Assembly (NCBI GenBank): GCA_951406725.2
Contig: OX597817.1
Span: 120,094,001-120,158,000, forward strand
DNA length: 64,000 bases
Direction: 5' to 3'
DNA from: Octopus vulgaris
Lineage: Eukaryota
The notes under the pieces: model-generated
The model's input: only the letters and a program-made list of their open reading frames with translations
The model's database searches: none
Told to the model about the DNA's origin: nothing
Made by a program: the position numbers and the translations under genes
Part shown: positions 54,647-64,000 of the stretch, piece after piece
Numbering within the stretch: the first letter of the stretch is position 1
Layout of the letters: the number at the start of each line of letters is the position of its first letter

Positions 54647-56134
54647 TTAATCTTAGGGAAGTTATTTCCCAGTCCACAGGAGAGAGAAGTTCAATTCAGT
54701 GGTACTAAAAGGAATTACTCACTGTATTATATACATATAAATAGATAGGTCTAAGAGACAGAATCACCCTCAAGCAACTCAATCATCATTGAATAACATT
54801 ATCCACAATATGTACATATAAGACTAAATATTAAAATTCTCAAAATTAATACCTTCAATTCTTATTACAAATCATATACTTTACATAATCTTGACTACGC
54901 GCATTTCATAACAACATATTCCTCGTTATTCCTGAATAGAATGTCTCTATACAATACCATATTAAAACAGTTATATTACCAATCTTCAGGTCTATCTTAT
55001 ATGAACTTATTTACATCGTATATTAAGACATAAACTAAAATTAAATAACTAGAAGTCGTTGGAATAATTTTACTTTAGGAAATAATGAACAGAAATGTGG
55101 AATAAAAGTAGGAAAAAGAAATGTTAGTAAAAAGAAATGTTAGTTTATCTGTATTGTAATTTTCTCTCCATGAATTAAACATGGCTACCATCAATTCTAT
55201 AAACCAACATTGAGAGCTACTTTGTAGGGTAGATAATTCTTAAAAGGTACTTTCTATTATTTATAATAATAATAAATCAGGAGAAGCCAGAAGTTAGTGC
55301 ATGATGGGAATAGTCTTTTTTTTTTCTTGTTAATTTATTTTTATGTTAACTTTGATAAATAATGAATATATAGGTTAGTATATAAGTAAACTAAATTGCT
55401 TGACATATATTTTGAAATAATTAAAAGATATTTTGAACTAAGTAAAAGACAGTAAAATTAGTAAAAATCAGTAAAATTCTAATTTTTTATTATTTTTATA
55501 ATTAGAATACAATTAATATATATTGATTATACTATTATTCTTAAAATTGACATTATTCTTAAACTTGATTTCTAAATTAAGATTAAAAGTTTAGAATAAT
55601 AATTTCTAATATTATACTATAGATTTTTATTAAGAAATATAATATCTGAAATTAGAAGTTAATGAAATACTATCTTCCATTTATATATAAATAAGTAGAT
55701 ATATTCTAGTTATACTAAATAATAAAAATATATATATATATAATTATACCTTATATGGTATAGAGACATTTTATTTCAGCAATATCGAGGAATATGTGGT
55801 CATGAAACGTGCATAGTCAAGATAATGTAAAGTATATGATTTGTAATAAGAATTTAAGGTATTTATTTTGATAATTTGGAATAGAAATTGTAGGTATTAA
55901 TGTTGATAATTTTAATATTTAGTCCTATATGTACATATTGTGGATAATATCATTCAATGATGATTGAGTTGCTTGAGGGTGACTGTCTCTTAAACCTATC
56001 TATCTATCTATTTATACATATATATATATATATATATAACGGGACGCTTTATGAAAATAAACAAAAGACGAAGGCAGGTGGAGTACAAACAAACAATTGT
56101 ATTAGTAAGGCACTCAGGAATAGAAATAAAACAA

Positions 56135-56174
56135 ATCTTTTACGTTTCGAGCCTACGCTGTTCAACAGAAAGAT
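56135..56174 (-). ncRNA. Minimal type I hammerhead ribozyme, CUGUUGA core variant
   Basis: AUCUUU-CUGUUGA-A-CAGC-GUAG-GCUC-GAAA-CG-UA-AAAGAU. Stem I 6 bp, palindromic ACGU stem III, GUA triplet. Confidence 0.8.
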
Positions 56175-56572
56175 ACACAGAAAAGAAACACGGAGAGAAA
56201 CAAGGAGAGAAAAAAAATGCGTGCAGGAGCTAACGATTGAACATGGCGGTCTGATTTCGGCCAGATGTCAGAGATCAGACGTTAGACGCAAGAGGGATAG
56301 TAGGGGAGATAACAGGGTCAAATGGCCTCGCCCCAACATAAGGGTGTGTGTGTGTATGAGAGAGTATGTTTGTGTGTATGAAAGGTCTGGATGTATGTAT
56401 GTATGATGTGATGTGTAATGTTGTATGGTGTAGTGTCGTATGGTGCAGTGTAGTGTGATGTGGGGAGGTGGGGAAAACCCATGTGGGGTGTGGGTTCGGC
56501 TGGGGGTTGGCTAGAGTGGGGGTTGTGGGGAGAGTGAAATGGGGAGAGGAGAGAGGAGATGAGGGGGAACAC

Positions 56573-56709
56573 AGACAAGTGTTGCAAAGAGTGACCAGTG
56601 GAGCAGAAATGGCGTGAGACTGGTGTGTCATTGGCAAGGCGGATGTCACGGAGGTGTTCCGCGAACCGGTCAGCCAAGCGGCGTCCCGTTTGTCCGATGT
56701 ACAGGGAAT

Positions 56710-56713
<4 letters not shown>
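56573..56713 (-). pseudogene. Partial PLE GIY-YIG endonuclease
   Basis: YIGQT-x6-R-x2-EH and SRHF motifs are present. The N-terminal GIY and C-terminal E/LN motifs are missing. Confidence 0.8.
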
Positions 56714-56742
<29 letters not shown>

Positions 56743-56745
<3 letters not shown>

Positions 56746-57573
56746 TCGTGCCATCCACCACATACAAAACGTAACATCCCATACTGCCTAGCCAGAAGAA
56801 TTTGTACTATTGTAGAAGATGCAAATATCAGGAACAAACGCCTAATAGAACTAAGAGAATTTTTGCTCAAACAAAAATACCCATCTCTACTTATAGAAAA
56901 TGGCATACAGCGGGCTATAAAAATACCTATACAACAACTTAGGACAACCCAAGGAAGAGGAAAACAAGAACAAGTCATACCATTCATAGTGACACACAAC
57001 CCATGTCACCAGAATATCTTCAACATTGCCAAAGCAAACCTACCAATCATTGCCCAAAGTAATGAATTAAAAGACATAATCAAGGATCGAGCTATGGTGC
57101 TTAGTAAAAGACAGCCTAAAAACTTGAAAACATTACTAACAAAGGCAAAATTTGACCTCAGCAACAAAGACCAAACATTCACGGTATCTAAATGCAATGA
57201 TAGCCGATGTGGCACATGCCAATTCATACATACCGGTCAATATATAAACACAAAAACCGGGAAAATATTCACAAACGCGAATATGAACTGCAAAAGCAGA
57301 AATTTAATTTACTGCATCAAATGCCCAAATTGTGAAGAAATATATGTAGGTCAGACGGGAAACGCACTATTAGAACGCTCACGTGTACACCGGCAACAGA
57401 TTAGAGACCCAGAGGTCCGTCAGATACCTTTGAGTAACCACCTAGCAACATGTGGTCGGAAAATATATATAATATTTCCATTCTACAAATTACACAGCCC
57501 AAGTGAAATCGAGAGGAAAATCAGAGAAAAGAATTTTATTGATAAATTCGAACCCAAGCTAAATAAGCAATAA
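56743..57573 (+). CDS. PLE polyprotein C-terminus: RT thumb, Cys linker, GIY-YIG endonuclease (5'-truncated, frame open)
   Basis: KSCHPPHTKRNIPYCLARRI (thumb), CNDSRCGTC linker, NCKSRNLIYCIKCPNCEEIYVGQTG...R..H...H, REKNFIDKFEPKLN*. Confidence 0.9.
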
Positions 57574-57890
57574 TAATAATACTTAGAGGTATTACTTCCA
57601 CTGCTACGACCATGACCACTAACAACAACAACAATACTAAAGGTGATCAAGACGAAGATAGCAGGAAAATTATCTTATTTTGGGTTAAAAGTTCTATTGC
57701 CACCACCATCACCACTAGCAACAATAATTAAGGTGCTGACAATGATGATGATGACAATTGAAATATAAAAATATAAAAATCTCTGACAAAGGATATTTAC
57801 AACATTTCTAAAAATAACCCAACAATTGCTGCTTCGGCCAGGGTCAAGATACAGGACTCTTGACCTGTCCAACAAAGCGTGATGCCTAAA

Positions 57891-58032
57891 CCAATCAGCT
57901 CAACCAACCAATCAGCTTAAGTAATTGAGTGATACTACACACTGATTGGTCAGAATACAGTTTGCAAAACCTAGCACTCTGGAGCCTACCCAGCTGTATT
58001 TATAGCACAGAATCACTCATCTTGCTACAGTC
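57891..58032 (+). promoter_or_regulatory. Putative Pol II promoter in the PLE pLTR
   Basis: CCAATCAGC at 57891 and 57908, reverse CTGATTGG at 57942, TATTTATA at 57997 and Inr-like CAGTC ~31 nt downstream. Confidence 0.55.
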
Positions 58033-58067
58033 AAAAATTGTGAAGCATGACTGTCAACACTACTACA

Positions 58068-58112
58068 TGAACTCGAAGATTGCAGAATTCAATGCATGAA
58101 AGTACTAGTTCA
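58068..58112 (+). ncRNA. Hammerhead-like motif, UCGAAGA core variant
   Basis: UGAAC-UCGAAGA-U-UGCA-(8 nt)-UGCA-U-GAAA-GUAC-UA-GUUCA, with palindromic stem III AGUACU. Confidence 0.65.
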
Positions 58113-58274
58113 ATCAGAATGAATATTTAACATTCTACTATTTCATTTTATTTTATTCAATTATAATATATTATCTTATAATATATCATTATAAGATTGT
58201 AAATAAAACGTGAAAATCAGACAAGGTTGGAATTCTTTTTATTAATATATTCTTCTATACACAATCACACACAC

Positions 58275-58332
<58 letters not shown>

Positions 58333-60959
58333 GATGGGCTTCTTTCAGTAGTTTGAACAGTACTAATTTAATGTTATTTCATTCTCTCGCATGCCACATG
58401 TTCTTTAACAACAATCTACCAGAGACTAATACTTGACCTGTTCTAATACTAGCTGCTATGCAGTGTACTACAGAACTGTAATGTGAAACTCTGAATAACA
58501 GCTTGTGAAGACGTTTTCAGGTTTATTAAAAAGAATATTGCTTTACCTTTGCTATTTGAATACTATTTTTCCCCACTTTGTTTTCATGTATGTGCTTACT
58601 TGTGTAAACAGTTATATATGAAGATTAAAATGTAGATAAAAACTGAGAATTAAAACTAGTGAAGAGAATTGCTTCTCAATTTCCCACTAAATTTTTAAAA
58701 GAGGAAGAAAATGAATTCTAATACACTTAAAATTTACTTCATCAACTACTTAACTGTTTAATTGGAAAAACTTACCCAAATGAACAATATCTGCAATTTT
58801 AAAATCTCCTTGTAATCAAGAATAAACTTCACAGAGTGATTATATTCTTCATATTAAATGCTTTATAAATGCCTACACATTATTATTTCAAATCAGCACA
58901 TGTGCCAGAGAAGTATATTGTGCAAATACAATGAGATAATTGTCATCTATTAGTGTTTACAAGAAGCAACATTTAATGAACCTGCAAACTAACATTAATA
59001 GTAGGAAAGGTTATAAATTTCAACATACAATATAAATACAAAAATATTCTTTATTTTCTTTGGCTCACTGTTCCTTGTTAAGTGGAACGAAAATGTGGTG
59101 AGACACTGTCAACCTATGGTGTTTATAAGAAGAAGCAAAATTGTAAACTTTCCAAACATATTTAGGGGAGTAAAGATTAGAAATTTCAATATACCATAGC
59201 AATGCAAAAATATGCTTAACAACAAAATGATTCGATTAGCTTTCATATAATTTGGTTTTCCTTTGCTCCCTTTTCCATGTGTAATGAATGTAATAATTTA
59301 AAGTTAATTTAAACTCCTCTATTAGAAAAATCAATAAGGAAAGGAGAAAAATAGAATGACAGTCTCAGAAAAATACTTCTCTTTAAAAACATTGTCATTA
59401 ATGGGTTGCAGTCATAGCAGTAGTAGCATTTATGTTCTTAAATGCCTCCTGCTAAAGTATTGTGCTTTTTTTTTTTTGTGAAGGTGACAGGAATATCATA
59501 CATAAAATGTGACTTTTATGAACAAAAAGAATTAGAGAAATTTCTTATGGGGATATAATGGAAGAAAAGGAAACTGAAATATTAGTCAAGAAAGAAATAC
59601 TCATATATTTTGTTGTTCTTTTTTCTAAAATTACAAAGGATGTTTCAGAAAAATTAACAGGGAAAATATTACTATATTAAATTATGAAGTTATATATATA
59701 TATATTTTAATGTAAGTATTCTAGAGGTTATCAATAATACAAATAGTAATTGTAATAACTTGGCCAGATATTTTAAATAAACATAGAGTGTATAAACAAG
59801 AGCAAAGTATAACAAAAGAAAAAGAACTATTAAGGACAAGATCGGATTTATAATCACTAGTTTCCTAATTTGATATTTATTGAAGATGAATAACATTCTT
59901 ACTATATATGATACTAACTTATCACAAATTACATTCCCAGAAGCTAGAGTATTTGAAGTCATATTAATGAAGGCAAGTAGAATTAAGATTTCAGTCACAG
60001 AAAAGAAATATCTGCAAATAGATAAACTTACGCCTTACTATCTAGAATTCAATACTTTAGCCACTGATTATTCTATCTTCTATCCAGAGAAATGTAATTT
60101 ATATTTAATACAACGCTAAAATAGTTATATAGTTTAAATTAAAGTCTTTTGCTGAGTTATTACTAAAAGCTTTCACTTTCTAATGTCTTGCTTTTATGAA
60201 GGGTGAAATATTTCATACTTATACAGCTTTATGAAATATACGAAATAGAATGATTGTCAACATATGCTCTAAAGATTTTAGTGAGTATATTTATTGAATG
60301 ACAGCACTAGAATAATGCATTAGTAGTACCAAAATTGAGTTTCAGTTTCAGTTGGCTTCTCCTATTTCAAAACCAGATATTACGGTATGTACTTTAAAAA
60401 TCCAAAATGATGCAAAATTAAATCATTTCTTTCAAATCCAGATCTATAAACTACTGAATAGTATTTAACACTTATGTATGTTAGATTGATGGTTAAGCTC
60501 TAAGAAATACTGCATTTATTTGTTTAAACCAAACATTTGGACTAAAAATCCATTTTTTCTGGCTTTAAGTGTGCTGCAATATTCAGGACAGATTAAACCA
60601 CTATAATACTGTTACACTTTTCAGTGACAGTCATAATACTTTCAATATTCACTGTTTCATAATAGTGTACATAAGATTGTATTGCCCAAAATTGTTGACT
60701 ATCTTACTAACATGCAGAAATGATTCTAAAGTAAATAGTAAAACCAAAAGAAGAAAGTAACAAAATGTACTTAGTTTCAATTTATATGCTACTACATAAC
60801 TCCATTTGTGTAATGTATAACACTAGAAGAACGGTTACTTCTTAAAATGTAATATTGTTTCAATAACTTGTCATAATAGGTAAACACACAAATGTGTTTC
60901 AATCATGATTATCCAGTCAATATATCATTTAATACATATATGAAATGTAATGAAAGACA

Positions 60960-61190
60960 TAGGTCTGTCATGAGCCCAAGGATTCATAAAGATGGCACTT
61001 CATCCAGTTTCTATAGTATATAAGTGACCTGTCTGTTGTAGGGATACGTTCCCAGCTATTGCTGGGACTTATTTACAGCTGAATGGATAGGTTGCAGTAT
61101 GAAACAAAGTGTTTTGCTCAAAAACACAAAATGTTGTTCAATCCAGAAATCAAAATCATTATCATTTGATTATGAGTGCAACACCCTAAG
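60960..61190 (-). mobile_element. Old SINE, family C
   Basis: cttatttacagctgaatggatag...gtgttttgctcaa...gagtgcaacaccctaa. Confidence 0.55.
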
Positions 61191-61410
61191 TGCTTTATTA
61201 CACTTTCATTCACATGCAGATGCACAATTAAAAAATTTAAATAATAACAACAACAACAACAATAATAACTCCATGTGTCACCATACTTGACAAATATCTA
61301 CATCTGTCCATCATTGCCTAGACTAAAACTCACGTGGCACTGAGTCACAGTTCAAGAAAGTTACAATCAATAAGTAAATGATTTGAAAAAGGTTACTATT
61401 ATAGAGTACT

Positions 61411-61451
<41 letters not shown>

Positions 61452-61674
61452 CATGTGCGCGCACACACACACACATGCACATATATTAGTTTCTAGCTCC
61501 CAAATCCACAGTTAAAATGCTTGGAATATTACATGAAAATATATCATTGTTTATATATATATACATATATATATATTGATAAAACGGTAAGATAACAAAA
61601 GAAAGAAAGAGACCTCAATATTATGTAAATAGAGGAAATTTATCTATACAATATGTTACATTACTCGGTAGTCA

Positions 61675-61737
61675 AGATAAAACTCTGAGTTTCAGATGCC
61701 GAAGTGGAAATCCACAACACCATCTCTTCGGTTATCT
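61675..61737 (-). ncRNA. Type I hammerhead ribozyme, CCGAAGA core variant, extended stem II
   Basis: AGAUAA-CCGAAGA-GAUG-[gugUU GUGGA uu UCCAC uucgg]-CAUC-U-GAAA-CUC-A-GAG-UU-UUAUCU. Stem I 6 bp, GUU triplet. Confidence 0.75.
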
Positions 61738-61931
61738 GGCTATTTGAAAACGTTATGAAAAAATACCATTAAAAATGAAGGGAAATTACTCTGTTATAAC
61801 TCTGCTTTGCCTGCGTACTTATACATCGCTCGCATTTTTCGTCATAAAAATTATATAAAATACATAAAAATATATAAAAATATATAAAAAATATATAAAA
61901 TCTTCTTGGGACATAACACAGAAAGCATGTT

Positions 61932-62564
61932 CTATCCGTTTTCTTTAGGGGACCAAAAACGTAACAGAAATTTAGTCACATGTGGGCATGATCCGAAAAG
62001 CTCTGTCCTTGTATTTAGACATGTGGTAGGGTCTAAGCTGCTTTTCCAGATAAGCCATCTCTCCATGTCACATAAACCGCACCTTCCGCTGCCGTTAGTG
62101 TAGGGCTTACATCTGGCCAAAATCTTCCATTGTATGTTATAATCGACACCTTTATCTCTTAAAGACCAAATATGATTGGATAATTGTGTGGCTTTTCTTT
62201 TGTTCCAGTGCCTAAAGCTCAAAGTGTGGTTATTGAACCTGGCCTTGAAATTACCCTCTGTCAGGCCCACGTATTTCTTCGTCGAAACGGTGTCTTTAGT
62301 GGTTATAGAGTTTACGGTAGCTTCATATATGATGGTCTTGGACATGCAAGCTCCATTTAGCGGGCACAATTCTTTATTCCTGCATGAACAGCTGTTTTCT
62401 TCTTGTGTTTTTTGTATGTTATGATTGATTATGTTTTTAAAATTGGTAGTTGAACTAAAACTAATTTTTAAATTGTGTCTATTGAAGAGTTTCCTATAAG
62501 AATGGTTAACTGGAAAATGTCTATCTATCAGTGCTAGGAAATATTTACCTATATTGAAGGCCAC
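61932..62564 (-). CDS. Naiad-type GIY-YIG endonuclease region within the inverted pLTR
   Basis: CSCRNKELCPLNGAC linker, IIYEA...YVGLTEGNFKARFNNH, TQLSNHIW, RCGLCDME, LNTRTELFGSCPH. Confidence 0.88.
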   Translation of the reverse strand: MAFNIGKYFLALIDRHFPVNHSYRKLFNRHNLKISFSSTTNFKNIINHNIQKTQEENSCSCRNKELCPLNGACMSKTIIYEATVNSITTKDTVSTKKYVGLTEGNFKARFNNHTLSFRHWNKRKATQLSNHIWSLRDKGVDYNIQWKILARCKPYTNGSGRCGLCDMERWLIWKSSLDPTTCLNTRTELFGSCPHVTKFLLRFWSPKENG

Positions 62565-62656
62565 CTCGGGTGAGTAAACCAGATGACCTTCCTATTTCTA
62601 TTATTCCTTTTCCTTACTGTTGGGCTGGTGATAGGTGTATATTTTATTTTTTCGCT

Positions 62657-64000
62657 AAATACACACAACTCTTACACAACAGCATTACTAATAATTATAC
62701 TAAGGCTAGGGCACAGACATATAACGAAATTAATAAAGAAGCTAGCGTCATCGCCGCTAAACTTAAATTAGATAAAAAAATAGAAAACCTCCCCCAAAAA
62801 GAGGCCTTTATTACTATTAAAGATCACAAAGAAAACTTCCTTTCCAACCCTAAATGTAGGCTTATCAACCCAGCCAAGTCAGAACTAGGGATTATTAGCA
62901 AAGAAATTTTAGATAAAATAAATACGAAAATTAAGACCGATACTAGGCTAGTGCAATGGTCCAATAGTATAGAAGTCGTAGACTGGTTTAAAGCTATTAA
63001 GAATAAGAAAAAGCGAGGTTTACACAATTCGATATTGTTGATTTTTATGCCTCTATCTCTAAAGAACTGCTAGATAAAGCCCTAATCTTCGCTAGTGACT
63101 TCATAGAAATTAGTACCAATGATAAGGATATAATCTTCCATGCTAGAAAGACATTACTTTTCAGTGAGAATGCAAAGTGGGTAAAAAACACCGACACGGA
63201 GGGCGCTTTCGATGTGAGCATGGGTTCATATGATGGGGCAGGCATCTGTGATCTAATTGGACTCTTTCTCCTAGATACCTTCGGTAAGACATTCCCTAAC
63301 GTACATTTCGCCATCTACAAAGATGATGCCCTCGCCTTAACAGCTAATACAAATGGACCAGCACAAGATCGTTTTAGGAAGGATATTATCCAGTTAATCA
63401 AACACTTCGGACTTAGTATAACTATAGACACTAACCTGACGGTTGTCAATTTCTTAGACGTTTCCTTAGATCTTAATAATAATATTTATAAGCCTTATAG
63501 GAAGCCCAATGATAGACTAAGTTATATTAATGTAGGTTCATGCCATCCCCCTATAGTATTCAAAAATTTAGTTAAAAATATTAGTAAGAGGATTTCTAGC
63601 CTCTCATCTAATAAGGACATCTTCAATAGCGTTGCCCCAGTTTATAATAAAGCTTTAAAAGATAGTGGTTTTAGCGAAAAAATAAAATATACACCTATCA
63701 CCAGCCCAACAGTAAGGAAAAGGAATAATAGAAATAGGAAGGTCATCTGGTTTACGCCCCCTTACTCACCCGAGGTGGCCTTCAATATAGGTAAATATTT
63801 CCTAGCACTGATAGATAGACATTTTCCAGTTAACCATGCTTATAGGAAACTCTTCAATAGACACAATTTAAAAATTAGTTTTAGTTCAACTACCAATTTT
63901 AAAAACATAATCAATCATAACATACAAAAAACACAAGAAGAAAACAGCTGTTCATGCAGGAATAAAGAATTGTGCCCGCTAAATGGAGCTTGCATGTCCA
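62657..64000 (+). pseudogene. PLE reverse transcriptase (Naiad-like), 5'-truncated, one frameshift at ~63008-63012
   Basis: AFITIKDHKENF..NPKCRLINPAKSELG in frame 2. Then in frame 1: QFDIVDFYASI (~63025), FDVSMGSYDGA (~63208), YKDD (63316-63327), VNFLDVSLDL, SCHPP and IWFTPPYS. Open to the window end. Confidence 0.92.

Larger units (their letters stand above)
56039..56713 (-). mobile_element. Penelope-like element 1 (Neptune-like), 5'-truncated: partial GIY-YIG, low-complexity 3' UTR, hammerhead
   Basis: Antisense CHSLYIGQTGRRLADRFAEHLRDIRLANDTPVSRHF...GHSLQHLSVF. Flanked by (TA)n on both sides. Confidence 0.88.
56743..58255 (+). mobile_element. Penelope-like element 2 (Neptune-like), 5'-truncated, with pLTR-type 3' region
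   Basis: Open ORF end, CCAAT/TATA elements and a hammerhead-like motif. Bounded by (TA)n at 56713-56743 and (CA)/(TA)n at ~58257-58327. The right boundary is approximate. Confidence 0.9.
61577..64000 (+). mobile_element. Penelope-like element 3 (Naiad-like): inverted upstream pLTR (61577-62659) plus 5'-truncated RT-EN body running off the window
   Basis: 62339-62659 is the reverse complement of 63670-64000 (1 substitution and one 10 bp deletion noticed). RT and GIY-YIG motifs are present and the left end lies in (TA)n. Confidence 0.95.

Noticed and set aside
293-55900. Short track ORFs as host genes
   Set aside because: They are low-complexity, microsatellite- or SINE-derived, or random AT-rich ORFs with no recognisable domains, apart from the RTE pieces at 37.2-38.2 kb.
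56614-57573. 319 aa ORF as a single gene
   Set aside because: It is chimeric: the first 43 codons are antisense PLE1 plus (TA)n (IYIYIY). Real similarity begins at KSCHPP, 56743.
58340-58610. Further decayed PLE tail or hammerhead after the TA tract
   Set aside because: Vaguely reminiscent of one, but the core and stems cannot be reconstructed from this copy.
63000-63020. Programmed -1 frameshift in the PLE RT
   Set aside because: G AAA AAG is not a canonical slippery heptamer and PLEs use one ORF. A 1 nt loss in the A run (mutation or sequencing error) is simpler.
62570-63073. 167 aa ORF with a novel N-terminus
   Set aside because: The N-terminus is antisense read-through of the inverted arm, and the C-terminus is out of frame after ~63012.
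61932-64000. Selenoprotein-type Naiad (in-frame UGA at conserved Cys, SECIS)
   Set aside because: Some Naiads are reported to encode Sec, but every conserved Cys visible here is TGT/TGC and there is no in-frame TGA. PLE2 likewise has none.

Overview
AT-rich, CpG-poor eukaryotic DNA. The SINE families and microsatellites look like coleoid cephalopod (Octopus) sequence; this is recognition, not a database result. I cannot support any host protein-coding exon, and the window reads like a large intron or intergenic region. It holds many tRNA-derived SINEs, decayed RTE, R4/Dong-like and HERO-like LINE fragments, microsatellites and a ~780 bp degenerate fold-back element. The main feature is a cluster of three distinct Penelope-like retroelements (PLEs) at 56.0-64.0 kb, each bordering a (TA)n tract. 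Two 5'-truncated Neptune-like copies are joined 5'-to-5', and a young Naiad-like copy has an RT plus a ~1.08 kb inverted upstream pLTR. Each PLE carries a minimal type I hammerhead ribozyme with a different non-canonical core (CUGUUGA, UCGAAGA, CCGAAGA). A fourth, canonical-core hammerhead lies alone at 28.3 kb.
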